62,778 nt of DNA, filler included, from Rhabdomonas costata (GCA_019059605.1; 32 parts of 32 records of this genome joined end to end with filler, not necessarily neighbours in it); one strand, 5' to 3'; shown: positions 1 through 12,693, numbered from the whole stretch's first letter. The notes: generated by a model from the letters alone, not told the origin. Numbers and translations: made by a program.

Positions 1-458
1 AGCTGAGGCGGGACTGAGACGTTGCCTGGGGGCCGCAAAAGTGATACACGAGGGGGTTTTCTGGTTACCGAGCCTACCCAGCATAGTTTTGAACCTTATC
101 GTTTAACCCCCTCAATGCACTCCTGGTTTATGTCAGATGCGGTTAATGCGGTTAATCTCTGAGATTTATTGAGTACTGCCACACGGCTTCTGTGATTTAA
201 GTTATTCAAACAAAGATGATTCGGGATGAAATCGAAGATTTGTGACTGATATGGTAGAAGAGAACCCCGCATCTGCTTGACCGTCAAATACAAATAGGAC
301 TCAATGTTTCGATTTGTGCCAATTGAAACGCTTTGCAGAATTGAGCTCCTTTCCCTCCCTCCATCATCAGTCGGGATGGAAGAACGCTCCGGCCCAAGCC
401 AGCCATCCCTCCCCCACGGCACCAGTTCCGCCGCAGCCAAAGTCTCCTGTCCACTCCA

Positions 459-661
459 TGGCTCTTCGTAAGAGGAAGGGAGTGAGTTATTGTGAGGTGG
501 ACTCGGAGGATGGCGAGGCCAGTGTGACCAACGAGATCTCTGCCGATGAGTCCAGCAGCGGCAACAGTGGCAGCAGTAGCAAGCCCCAGCTCTCTATGGC
601 TGTGGAATGGCCCAAGGCGATCCCAGGTAGGACTGGCAGTGCCCTTGATAATGGCAAATGA
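459..661 (+). CDS. Possible exon of a hypothetical acidic/Ser-rich protein (MALRKRKGVSYCEVDSEDGE...)
   Basis: NLS-like RKRK-x-VSY-x-E followed by an acidic stretch, GC3-rich codons; no family recognised. Confidence 0.3.
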
Positions 662-1774
662 AGTTTGGGGGGCCTTTTTCAGAAGGTTTGAACCTCAATG
701 GCTCACACACACTCTCAATCACTCACTCATTCACGCATTCACTCACTATCCGCGAAAAAATCTCGCCAGCACATCAAAGCATGAAGGCCCAGCAGGACGA
801 GCCGCTCACTGGTGACTGTCAATGGTACCCCCACCACCAACCCACCCTTGTGGCACAACCCACATTCCCACCCCATGTGCAACATTGAAATTATGGTAAG
901 GTGGTATGGGATTAACTCCTCCGAAGGTGTGCTTCTTTGGTCAGGTGTCGTCTTTTGCAGGGAAGCTGACTTCGACATGGTGGAGCATTCCATTATCCCA
1001 GGAGCAGATCGTCTCCAATTTTATTCTGTTGTCCATCATGTTAACATTGGTTCTTCGTTCATGTGAAAATCTGCCACGCACACACTCACAGCTATTTGTA
1101 TTTGACGAACACAACCCGCCTTGTTCTGCCTCTTACAGGGCGTGATGAACTCGTCCGGGCCATTCTGCTGCGCTCCCGGGCGACACTGAAGCGCCGCAGG
1201 GTCATCTAATGGACCGGTTTACATTTTCGCATTGATTTCGCAGCTTTGTTTCGCAGATGTTACCCTTCTGCAACTGTATAGTTATTTTCACTCGCTTGGT
1301 ATTACTATCTTCGCTCTTTGTTTGGTATCATCACGCTGTTATACGATACCTCAAAAGAAGTCAGGTTTCCCTGACAACCTTGATGATGAGAACTCCGTTG
1401 TTTTCAGGTTTTGGGGGTGGGGCATAAGGGCCGAATGTGTTTTTGCCGCGCATGATCCGATTCGGAAAGCCGATCCATTTGATGCCCTGTACTCACTATA
1501 CACACACACACTCTCTCTCTCTCTCTGATTGGGAAAGGTACGCAGTGAAATGTTTTTAACCGGATGAAAACCTTGTCAAGGTACTCCGCATTTACTGGCT
1601 TGGACAGGTGGTGAGGGTGCCGGAAAGGTTACCTTCTGTTTTCCCCTCATCAGAACGTCTTTGCTGCTTTGTCTTTCTCTTTCCCAATTTCCGTGTCGCA
1701 TTCCTTTGTCGTGCAAACCGGCAAAACTTTTGGCCTGTGCTTTCACGTGATTGGTCCCCTCGAGACACGGCGGA

Positions 1775-1864
1775 ATGGCTGAAGAGCCCGCCGTACAGCC
1801 CAGCATGGACCTCGCTGTGCGAGACCCCGTGGCGTTCGAGAAGCTGTACTTGGATCGAGCCTTT
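1775..1864 (+). CDS. Probable first exon of an unknown gene (MAEEPAVQPSMDLAVRDPVAFEKLYL), truncated by contig end
   Basis: GC3-rich open frame starting at ATG just after a pyrimidine-rich tract and AG. Confidence 0.4.
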
Positions 1865-1964
1865 NNNNNNNNNNNNNNNNNNNNNNNNNNNNNNNNNNNN
1901 NNNNNNNNTTAATTAATTAANNNNNNNNNNNNNNNNNNNNNNNNNNNNNNNNNNNNNNNNNNNN
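1865..1964. other. Artificial scaffold linker N44-TTAATTAATTAA-N44 (first of 31 identical linkers, spaced ~1.96 kb; last at 60817-60916)
   Basis: Identical 100-bp spacer with a stop in all six frames recurs throughout; flanking segments are unrelated and nearly all ~1862-1866 bp long. Confidence 0.99.
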
Positions 1965-2299
1965 GGGTGTTGGGGATTCCCAATTCTCAATGGGTGGGGC
2001 GATCGCGAGGTTACTTGTCCCACATTAGCTTGGAGGGTTATTCACGTACTCCCTAGGAGATTTTATTTGTCTCGCAGGGGATCAGAGGGAGACGCACTTG
2101 CCCCCCAAGAAGCGGTTGATTCACTGAGGTGGCGTCTCACTCCGGGTCGCGTTTTTTTTATCTTTTGTTGACACCAGTGCTGAGCTAAAGGTGAGAGTAT
2201 CCTTGTCGAGCACATAATATTGAAAATTTTCTTCCCTGTCGTACCCATGGAACTTTACCTTTTCAAGTTTATCCATTCACCGACGGATAATTCCAAACC

Positions 2300-3811
2300 A
2301 TCACACATCCGAGTGCGGCACAAAGCAGAGGTGTCCTTCCCAGCCTGAAACGCTGCTGAAAAATGAACTGACGCCCGGCTGGGTTCTTTCGTGGGGACGT
2401 GCACTGCTCGACTGTGCCTGTGCCTGTGCCCATGGATGACTGAATCAAGCATTACGAGGAGGCAACACCGTGCTGCAGAAGAAGCTTAATGAGCTCCACG
2501 TCCCCCACTCCAGCGGCAACGCACAGTGGAGTGCTGCCATCGGCATTGACCAGGTTCACGTCCGCACCTGACCAACACAAGCAAACCGAAACCCCAAAGT
2601 GGGCGTTTCCCACTGTGGTCTGGAAGATTTCTTCCCTTCTTAAATGGCGGGCAGTGAGGCACTGTCGCCCGTTACTGGTCTGCAAGAGCCTTTGCCACCT
2701 TTGCTTTGGAGCCCCAACAGAAGTGTCCGCCGAACATAATATTGTGAGAACCGCTACCACAGGGAACAACGGGCACTTACATCTGCCCAAGACCACTGTT
2801 TGGTTCCTACACACTGCACACATCCATACACACCGTTTTGAAGCAGCAACAGGCAGAGCTCAGGGTGGTTCATCTCAGCGGCGGCGTACATTGGACTCGT
2901 GCCCGTATCAGCCCGCACATAGTTCACCTTTGCACCTTTGCAAGGACACGAGCGGAACTTGAACATCAGGCCAACAAATGCCATGCGGCAAGTAAATAAA
3001 GGAAAGGGTTAGAAACAGAGAGTTGAGAAAGCCAGAGCAGCCACAAGATAAGTGCGAATACAGCCTACCGAAGCGACAACATCCTCTATGCCTCCAGTCT
3101 AAATTCCTTTTCTAATTGCAATCCAAATCAAAGGGGCGGGGGATAACACCGGTATTTTCCTCAACCTTCCCCTGGAACCCCGTGAGCTTCGGTGGCGCGT
3201 GCTGAACGAGACCGATTATGGCGCTGCTTTCCATGAGCGTGCTGCTGATACACAACGGTTAGCTTTGAGGAAAGAATTCGGTAGTGTGCGCTTTCACGCA
3301 GGTGATGGGTTTCCTGGTAACAGGGATCTTCCAGCTGCCCAGAGCAACCTGCAAATCGATAGGTGGAGACTTCTAGGGTAATTCACCACTCGAGGGCATT
3401 TAGGTAGAAGCAAAATCATGATCCCTGTTCTGCAACACAATCGTAATAGCCCCGCGCACCAGCTTGAAGCAGCAGCTCTGCGATGGCCCAATTACCCTCG
3501 GTAGATGCTCTCCATAGTGCCGTGCTGCCGTCCGGGAGGGTTTGGTTCACGTTGACGCCTGCATGTTTTTGAAAATCCAGAACAGAACCGAAACGAAAGG
3601 GGTCCTAGACGAAACTACACAACACCATAAAAGAGAAACCACGCGCCCCAAAAACGGTCGACCAGGGGCTCCGTAAACCCAAAACAGCACTTAAAAGGAG
3701 GCTCACGCAAGCGGTGGAGGATGCACAGTCCAAACCAGTTTTGAGCAGACCCCGCAGCGCCATGAGGTCCCCTGCGTCCACTGCTCCCCTGAGCTGGTCA
3801 CACCACCCATC
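2300..3811 (-). CDS. Ankyrin-repeat protein, partial; exons 3811-3736, 3558-3460, 2935-2834, 2567-2469, plus small exons ~2417-2300
   Basis: Spliced product has GVNVNQTLPDGSTALWRAS..., GAKVNYVRADTGTSPMYAAA..., GADVNLVNADGSTPLCVAAG..., GRTPLLCAAL; GT-AG phase-1 introns keep frame. Confidence 0.92.
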
Positions 3812-4800
3812 CTGTGTGCCCACCCCCCNNNNNNNNNNNNNNNNNNNNNNNNNNNNNNNNNNNNNNNNNNNNTTAATTAATTAANNNNNNNNNNNNNNNN
3901 NNNNNNNNNNNNNNNNNNNNNNNNNNNNGGTGGGGGGGGGTCCCCCCCGGGTACTCATACCTATACCTGGATACACAAGTGAAGTTATGCCATTTATTTG
4001 TTTAGCCCTAACGGGTCACGAACAAAGGGCATGCCTGCACAAACGAAGTGCCGACGGTTCGCAGCAGTGGGCTTATACTGCCGCCAGGCCAGCGCCCCTG
4101 CCTGGGGAGATTAAACAGACAGCAGGCAAAAGCGGAGAAACAACGGGCACTATGTACAATTCTACAATGCAGGTGGCCGGTAGACCGACCAACAAAGGGC
4201 GAGGAGAGAATGAGAGTGATGAAAAAATCACGGCTGACCCTTTGTGCGGACCATTTTCAACAGAGAACGAAAGAGAGAGGAATGGAATTGTTTGAGAGGA
4301 GGGGGAACCGCCTTCGAAGAGGGGGGGGGAACAAATGGTCGGCAGTGCGGTTGTGGTTAAGCGGGGGCGAATTACGAAAGAAAAAGACTAGCCTATAAAA
4401 AGGCAGGCTGTGTCAAAACTGGCGCGAGCCCGTGGGGAATTTGGGAGCTTCTGCCACGAAGCCGCTTGTAATTGCTTGAAAAAACACTCTTTTAGAACTT
4501 TGGCGCTGAAGCTTTTCATTCAGAGAGCGTTGTTGTGATCACAAGCATCTGCTTTCCTGCCTCTTTCCCAGCGTTGCACACAACCTGTGGGACTCATACG
4601 CAGCCACGAAGCGGCTGCGCGGTCTCACCTGTGAAGCTGTTGAAGCGACGTATACATGTCTCTTATGTATAAGGGGTGGGAAGCACACCAATGTCGGTTA
4701 TCATTCCGGGCTGAGGGACTTTTGTCAGGAATGTCATTATCTCTACCACTGCACACGCCGGTGCCATACCGCCTTTGAAACATTTGCGTGCGTGACGCAG

Positions 4801-5672
4801 ACGACTGGTAATCAGACGCAATGGGTCTGCGATGCCGTGGGAAGCCCCAGCTCGATGACCTGGGGGCAGATCAGCAATAGCACCACGGCGGCGTGGTACG
4901 TTGTGGTGGACCAGAGCGACCCGCAGAGCTTTGCGTGGACTGCGACGTACGCGTGGGGTGGGCAGCTGTGGACCACCTTCGCCACTGGTTCGCTTGTTCA
5001 CTCCGTTGCGCTGATGTGTGTATATATCTTCACACATGCCTTTGCGGAAACGCGCAAAAGGAGAAATGCCCTTCGGCCTCACTCACTCACTCCCGGTTGC
5101 ACTTAGGAGCCTACGATCCGACCGGGGTCTTCCGTGGGGTCACGGGAGCTGACCTGGAGCTGACGTTCATCACGGAGTTTCTGACGGACCATCTGGTATG
5201 GGAGTGTGGACTTTGGACACGTTTCCCTCAGCTTTCGGCTTTAGGCGCAAAAATCTGAAGGGCACCCTCCGGCCTGAAATGACCCTCTCCCCATCTGTCT
5301 CCTTTTCTGATAAAAATGATGAATATGGTGAATCAAACGGCAAATGGAAAAAGGGATGCTCGGCGTCGGTATAATGAGAAAGACGGCGGGGGCGGGCCAT
5401 CCGACTCTCACTAAGGTGGCCCCGTAGTTTCAGACCCCAGTCCTTGTTGCTGGTGTTGCGAGGAGACAAGCCTCTCTCCATCTTTCTTTCTTCTGTCTTG
5501 TTTTGCTGGGCGAAAGCAATATTTCTCCACGCCTCAGAACCTTGGGGCGGGCTACTACTTCGCGATCATTGACGGGAATTACGGCACTGTGGTCGCTCTA
5601 CAACCCGCGCAACGCCTGACTCACTGTGTCGGCGGCATGGGCCCTTCGTGCGAGGGCGGCGTGGAGGAGCAG
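4801..5672 (+). CDS. dCache-type extracellular sensor domain of a membrane receptor (possibly receptor adenylate/guanylate cyclase), partial; exons 4801-4987, 5107-5195, 5538-5672
   Basis: AAWYVVV...FAWTATYAW...GAYDPTGVFRGVTGADLELTFITEFL...YFAIIDGNYGTVVA matches the dCache pattern (WY...WT.PY...GV.G.D..L..I..FL...Y.IID..G.VV); canonical junctions in frame. Confidence 0.7.
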
Positions 5673-6312
5673 GTGTCCATCCCACGTCCTATCCACTTCA
5701 TATATTCCGCACTGCTGAACCGCAGTGCTGAAATGTTTGCACTAGCTGGACCAGTCTTCGTGGAATCCCCCACACCCCAAACACACCAACACNNNNNNNN
5801 NNNNNNNNNNNNNNNNNNNNNNNNNNNNNNNNNNNNTTAATTAATTAANNNNNNNNNNNNNNNNNNNNNNNNNNNNNNNNNNNNNNNNNNNNTTTTTGTG
5901 GTGGTGTGTTTGGGGTGTGTTTTCTGCTTCCAGTTGAAAAGGAGAGTTTATTGCATCCCATGTAAAAACTGCGCACTTCTGTACCCATTCGTTTCTTGCT
6001 TTAACATGGGATGCAATAAACTCTCCTTTTCAACTGGAAGCAGAATACACACCGTTAAACTTGCCCAGGGTAGAGATGGTTTCTTCAGCTGTGGAATTCG
6101 CCTGAACAACCCCCCCCCAAAAAAAAAACCAAAAGCCTGCGGGCAAAAAAGGAAAAAGTGAGTACATGGTGAGAATGCTGACAGGAACAAAATACACATA
6201 CTCGCATCACGCAATAGTGCCCTCACAGCCATACACTAGGAATGCCCTTCCCCGCAAGTCGCGTGCGCAATTAAAAAGCACAAAAGAGGCAACCAAAGCA
6301 GAGCAAAAGTAC

Positions 6313-7674
6313 CTCCAGGGCTGCGGCCAGGTGACGATCACCGTAGTAATCGTCAAAGCAGTCGCCTTGAGGTACGTGAGGTACAATGCACTTCGGTGCA
6401 CTCACCACCCTCCGCGATACGATCGGTTCGCTCGGCGCTGGGCGCACAAATGCTTCAGTTTCAGAGGAGCGGCCCCCCGCTGGAAAGCCAGGCACATCAG
6501 GCCGTTCATCAGACAATTCTGGACAGCACGCCAAGGGCATCACACCCGCAGGTGCCGGAGCTTGGACAGGATCCTGGGGGGAAAGAAGCATGAAAAGCGA
6601 TAATTGACCTGGAATTGAGGAAATGAGATCACCAAAAACGAATGAAACATCTGAATGAATAAAAAGGGTACGATATCGACGGCATACCCGCACAAACGGG
6701 GTGCAAAAGTAGCAGCGGCACATAGCAGACGGTTGGATGCACACAGGATGAACACGGAAACAACAAAGCCGTTGCTCACCAGCTCTCCGAGACCACCCGT
6801 ACGGGAAACCTCCCGTTCGTGCCAGAAGTCACTATGTTCTGAAACGCACACACACGCGCATAGCCAAATTTCCCACTTTCTGCAGATGACTCCCACCCAA
6901 CCATCCACAAGAGAAAGTCATGCCTCCAGTGGGAAAACCCAGAACAGGGAGATGCACCAACCATCACAACACACTTAAAGGCATCACGAAGCATAGGATT
7001 GTACACAGAATTGTGACAAAACGATTCAAAACAGAAATGACAAGGCCAACTACGCTACAGTAAAATAGGCATGAGAAGGGGGCGTGTGAAGGGGTGTTTT
7101 GACAGGAGGAAGGAGACGAAGAGAACCAGAACAGGAGGTGAAAGAACGAGAGAGGAAGAGAAAGACAACGAGGGAGGGAGAAAGCGTGCGGAGGGAGGGC
7201 TGCACCAACCTCCAAGGTTGGCTCCGAGCATTGCAGGGGGAAAGCACCCTGTGAATCCTCCCGTAGGGTGCACAGGGCATAAAACTGGCTCAGGAGGGCC
7301 TTCCGCTCTTCCAGCAAGTCATTCTCCACCTTGAGCTCCCTTCGCACCACGGCCGGCCCAACGCTCTCCACCCAGATCAAGTCTGAGTCACCCCTCCCTT
7401 TCTCTTCCGCCCCTGAAAGAGACGGGGCGTCCTGGACAGGCCCTTCGGTGTTCACCGCTTGGTCCACCAAGGTCCTGGTGAACGCCGGGGAAGGACCTGT
7501 GACTTCCACTGCGTCTTCGTTGGAGTGCTCTTGGACAGGTGGAGGGCAGCAGGCCCCTGGAACAGGGGAAGACTCGCAGGAGGCAGCAGTGGCAGCTTTG
7601 GAATGGGAAGGGCTGAGCTCACACAGCCAGCTCTGAAGTGCGTCATCAGGGAGCCGACGGTTGCTGCGCCGAAC
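6313..7674 (-). CDS. Hypothetical low-complexity protein, partial, >=3 exons
   Basis: Long open exon-like blocks (~7674-7210, ~6841-6780, ~6573-6313) bounded by AG/GT; Pro/Ser/Glu-rich, no family recognised. Confidence 0.55.
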
Positions 7675-7873
7675 CTGGAAGGAAGGTGCGGACCTGAAAA
7701 GAAATGGCGTTGTGCGGTCGATCTTAACGATCGACACCCATGGTCACCAACCCCACNNNNNNNNNNNNNNNNNNNNNNNNNNNNNNNNNNNNNNNNNNNN
7801 TTAATTAATTAANNNNNNNNNNNNNNNNNNNNNNNNNNNNNNNNNNNNNNNNNNNNGTTTTGTTGGGGTGCAG

Positions 7874-9212
7874 ACGGTCTGTGCCGTGGTTCTCGCGGTG
7901 AAGGCCGTGGGGTTCCGGTACGCCTCGGAAGCCCTGCAGGGGGTTATGGTGGGCGGATCCCTGGGGTGCATGTACGCGGAGTTTGCTTGCGCAAAGCTTC
8001 TGGTGGACCACGCCACTCAACAGGTGTGCGGAGGGCGGGATGGCGCCTTAACTTTCTTGTGTGTCTGCACCACACGTCGTGTGCTTTTGCTCTCAAAAGT
8101 CGGTAGGCAGATTAATGCGCGTCGTTTGCGACCTCGACGAATAAGAATTGTGAAGTATTCAGCCTGTTCCTGTCCGCACTCAAAGTGGCCATGACATGTC
8201 TATGTCATGCTGATACACTCGATGAAGTATTCGCTAAGGTGATGTGACGTGCCCATTCATAAAAGAAGGCTAAAATTCCAGAAGGAGGGGAGAACGTTGT
8301 TTGAATGGTATGGTGTGATTAAGCAAGGTTGCTATCTGGGGCATGCTCACACAAACGGGGTGCCACCCAGTCATGTTGGAACATACGCGACGGACCATCC
8401 CCAGGCTGGGATCAAGGTGTCCCGGGAGCTGCACTCCCATATGCTGGTGCTGAACGCCGACGTGGCGTGCCACATCTGCGACATGTGTGGGGAGCGCGTG
8501 GAGGGGGTGGCCTACCAATGCCCCCGATGTGACTTCGACTGCTGCCCGCTGTGCTTCAAGAGGAACCGGGTGTGCATGTGTGTTCTTCCCTATGCGTTTA
8601 GGGCCAGTGGCGCTCTGGATTCTCAGTGGTTTTCACTACGAGGATGAAGATCCACGGCGAAACTCGCTTTGTATTTACCTGTCAATGGAGAAAGTTACGG
8701 AAAGCCCCACTGCGGCCGCTTCAGCGTCCTGAGCTTTTCCGCACGATGATTTGGATGGTGGTTGATGGTTTCTGAGGTATTCCGTGGCGCCCCCCCCCCT
8801 GCCCCGAGCGACGTTCCTAATGCCTTCGAAAGCTCAAACAGTTTATGTTGGAAACGGATTTTCTCCCTGCACGCTAATTTCACAACGTTCTTTGTTGGAA
8901 TTTGCATCCACTTTCGCTTCAGAAGCACAACCTGATGAAACGCGGGGGGGGGGGTGCACCCGTGGCAGTACCACCACTCTTCTCCTTCTTGAATCTTTCT
9001 TGAAAAAAATGATGATAAGGAGGCTGGTGGTGAGGTCGTGGAGGTGGTGTGTTCTGGGAAAGGATAAGCCTGAGAGGCCACTGGTGGAGGCTGAGCGGAG
9101 CTTCTTCGGTCGTGCGCTGAGGTTGCTACTGCCCTTCACACCTTTGGTGCTGGCTTCGCTGACCTTCCTGGGCATCAACCAGGGCGCACGCATCTTGCTC
9201 CCTAACGTGCAG
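7874..9212 (+). CDS. ABCB (TAP/ABCB9/10-like) half-transporter N-terminal region with inserted Cys/His zinc finger; exons 7874-8023, 8405-8569, 9063-9212
   Basis: Hydrophobic exon, then LHSHMLVL...HICDMCGE...YQCPRCDFDCCPLCF (C1/ZZ-like), then FFGRALRLLLP...LASLTFLGINQGARILLPNVQ resembling the elbow helix and TM1 of an ABC membrane domain; all phase-0 GT-AG. Confidence 0.62.
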
Positions 9213-9974
9213 GTTTTGGCCTTTCCCTCTCTTCCTGCTGTGCATTGTTGAAATGATGAGGGAAACGTGCCGTTTTTTTCCTGTTCCCCGTTTTTCGGGA
9301 TTTTCTCGTTGTCTATATTCACATTCTCAATCAATACACACGCTCACCCTTCGCAATTTGCAACCCCGCTGATTGCAGAGACCCCCAGAACAATTATGCC
9401 TCTTGCATGCAATGTGCTGCATCCAGTGTATCCGGTGGGTGGTATTCATTTGTGCAGTCATTGCCCACGCCAATGACTACACATGTTCAAAAGTGTGAGC
9501 CAAAAAAAACTCCAGCTTTTTTTTTAAACCTGCACATCTGGAATGTATCGGCATGTCCCCAGAAAAGTAACCTGAACTCACGAGCATCCAATACATACGA
9601 GACACCTAAACTGATGGTTAACGCAGCGAGACTTTTTTTCTATTCCGAAACCCCCTGTAAATCCAACAGGTAGCCTTTTGGTGATCCGTTTTCTCATCTC
9701 ACACTATTTCCACCCAAACCNNNNNNNNNNNNNNNNNNNNNNNNNNNNNNNNNNNNNNNNNNNNTTAATTAATTAANNNNNNNNNNNNNNNNNNNNNNNN
9801 NNNNNNNNNNNNNNNNNNNNGTGGTTTGGGGTCGCCAAGCTTCCTACTATCCGTTGTCGATATTCGGGCTCTTCCTTTTCGTTGATCATACATCTTCTTG
9901 TGCTCCGCTGTTCCAGCCCTAACTTCTGTGCTTCCCATTTACTTCCGTTCATTCCTTGACCTTCTCTCTCTTAG

Positions 9975-11684
9975 GACGCTTCCGGGCGTGTGCCCCTGGC
10001 TGTGGGATTGACCTACCTCTCCGACTCCGCCTGTGCATTGCTGGCCGGGCCCACTTTCGCGGCGGAGGCGATGGCGCTGAACGATGTCATCGACAAGGCG
10101 ACTGCTTCAACGATGCTCCACCAGGCCGCTCAGCACAACATGGGCGAGTTTATCACCGTCTTGCTGGTGAGCGGAGCTGACGTGACTGCGAAGGTTTGCT
10201 CTTCCTTCTTGGGTACCGGCCAGAAACCTGTTGTTGCAGCACAGGCACAGAGGTTCTTGAAGCAGACAATCTACACAAAAAGAACGTCATGCTGAAGCTC
10301 AAGGCTGAGGTCAGCACGAGGGTGTGCTGTCCTCATTCGGGTCAGTGTCCTGAAAGGTTGCGCGTTGGATTCTATATTCAGCTCTGTTCTGAAAAAAAAA
10401 AGTCGACCGCTCTGAACTTCTGAGAATTGCATGAAAGGATTGGCGTGCACCACTGTGTGCCTGAAACAGTGAAACTCTCAACCTGTAACGCTGCTATTTT
10501 CCTATTCCAATCCTTGGTCTCCCCGTTTTGTATAGAATGCATCTGGGCTGGTGCCCTTTACCGTGGCCGTAGCCGCCCACAGAGGCCCTGCCCCTGCCTG
10601 TCATCCAGGTGGATGTTTTTGTGCCGATGTGGTTTCCTTGCCGTGGGTGCCGCAGGATGCCTCGGGCCGCACCCCACTGCACTGCGCAGCACAGAGTGGC
10701 AGCCCGCAGGCTGTGGCAGTCCTTCTGAGGGCTGGCGCCGACGTCGCCACGCGGGTTCCGCCCCCCTCCCTATCTTTGTTTTTAGTGTGTACGCATTAGC
10801 TGTTTTTGCTGTTTGAATGGGCAGGTATGGTTTTACCAATGTGCTTTTGTTTCATCGTGACCAAGCTTATGGGTGGGTTGGCTGAGCCCCTCGTTTTGCT
10901 GGACGCATAAGATAAAGCTTTGCTGGGCAAAGAAGTACGGCCACACACCACAGCGTAGCACCGCCTTTCAGCAGAGGTTTTGGTTGGGAAGCAATGGAAA
11001 TGCGTTTGGGGGCTGATCCTCAAAGTAAGGTGTTTTGAATCCACAGCTAAATGCGCCACAGAAGATTCTGTGCAAAGAATCTCTTTTTCAGAGCCGCTGA
11101 CGTTTCTCAAGTTTCTACGGTTTGCACTAATCCATTTTGTTCTACCACAAGCTTACAATAGCCTCAGCTGTTTTCATTGTGCCCCACAACGTTACACCGA
11201 AGGTCCTTTTTAATTCCACTCCCACAGCTGTCTCAAAGCAAGGCCCATTCAAAAGGCACTCTTCCGTGATGAAAGTACCGTATAAGCCCACTCTGCCTCA
11301 CACACCGTATGTGTGCCTCTCTCTTTCTTTGTGTGGCCGCAGAACGGCAGCTCTCCAAGTGCCCCGATACCCGCCAAGCGACTAACCCAAAGCGCTTCTC
11401 TCTCCCCCACCTTTGCTTGGGCGTTCGCCAGCATGCACCATCAGCACTGCCACTGAAGGGAAGTGAGCGAAGTGCTTCAGGGAACTCCCACAGCTTTGCT
11501 CTTTGCATGCCCTCTGCTCGGCTTCCACGATGAAACCCCTGCGTGCTACTTTGCTGCTCTTCCCATACGACTTTCCTGTGGTTTCCTTCGTACTGAATTT
11601 AGGTTATCCATTTCCGCTTTCTGTTCGCAGAATGCTTTCGGGCTGGTGCCTTTGGCCGTGGCCTTGGCTGCCCACAACAACCAC
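9975..11684 (+). CDS. Ankyrin-repeat protein, partial; exons 9975-10193, 10656-10754, 11631-end
   Basis: DASGRTPLHCAAQSGSPQAVAVLLRAGADVATR and TMLHQAAQHN...LLVSGADVTAK are ankyrin repeats; phase-0 GT-AG introns. Confidence 0.92.
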
Positions 11685-12127
11685 NNNNNNNNNNNNNNNN
11701 NNNNNNNNNNNNNNNNNNNNNNNNNNNNTTAATTAATTAANNNNNNNNNNNNNNNNNNNNNNNNNNNNNNNNNNNNNNNNNNNNTTGTGGTTTGTTGCGA
11801 TGCAGGGAGTTACAGTTCAATCAATTCGTCTCCTTGGGACAGTCAGAGCGATGAATTTTCCGTCTCTCCATCTCGCAGAGTATCATTGCAAGAAAAATCG
11901 GGTAAAACGGTGGGCAGTGCCTGATCTTGCATGATAACAGAAGGGTAACGCATTGATTCTTTCATCGGATATGGGGCCGTCGATGTACTGGATAACGCAT
12001 TTGCGGGCATCAAATATCGAAACTCAACATTTTCACGTCGAATGGAGTCAATTCTGAAACAGTGTTTCAAAAGGAATGCATTGGAAGTTAAAAAAAGAAA
12101 TCTTCTTGAGGGAGGTTTTGCACAAAC

Positions 12128-12272
12128 CGACTCGGAACACCACGCCGTCCAGGGTATCCGCTGGGGCGCGGATCCCAGAAGTGCCATAAGCGAACTTCCG
12201 CGAGCCCTCGGGAAGCTTGTGCCGCTCGCACGCCGCGGCAAAGGCCTCGGACTGGAGCGCGGCCAGAGGCAT
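12128..12272 (-). CDS. PGM3: Phosphoacetylglucosamine mutase, first exon
   Basis: MPLAALQSEAFAAACERHKLPEGSRKFAYGTSGIRAPADTLDGVVFRVG matches the PGM3/AGM1 N-terminus (YGTAGFR..A..LD..VFRVG); ends at a G|GT donor. Confidence 0.88.
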
Positions 12273-12693
12273 TCTTGTTTTGATTCCCAACCGATGGAAA
12301 CAGGCACCAAAATGTTCGGGTGAGAAAATAAAGAAGGTCCAAAAGGGGGGCGAGCCGTAAAGAAAGGAAGCAAGACTCCAGCTACAAAAATGATGCAGCA
12401 TGAAGAAATTCATACGCCGCACACCCTCCAAACAGTTTTCTTTGCAACGGGAGGCTTCTCAACCCAAAAGGGTCCATTCATACAGCCACAGCCTTCCTTC
12501 GGAATCAACAGCTTTGCGTGGGTAGTAGTGAACAAAAAGGGAATGAGGTGACCTAAAATGTACCCCGGTTTCTGGCGGGCCAATACGCTCACCACCAGTG
12601 TGCTGTTCACAAAATAAACATCAGCCATAACGTGCCGGGAAGAAAGCACGGGTACCCCCACAGTAAAAGTGCAATGACAACATCGGCGTAGCG

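Noticed and set aside
885..945. EIMVRWYGINSSE..W resembling a chromodomain
   Set aside because: Only a short partial match; flanking chromodomain residues are absent.
1909..1920. Regularly spaced TTAATTAATTAA palindromes resembling an array or CRISPR repeat
   Set aside because: Embedded in N runs at fixed geometry; an artificial six-frame stop linker.
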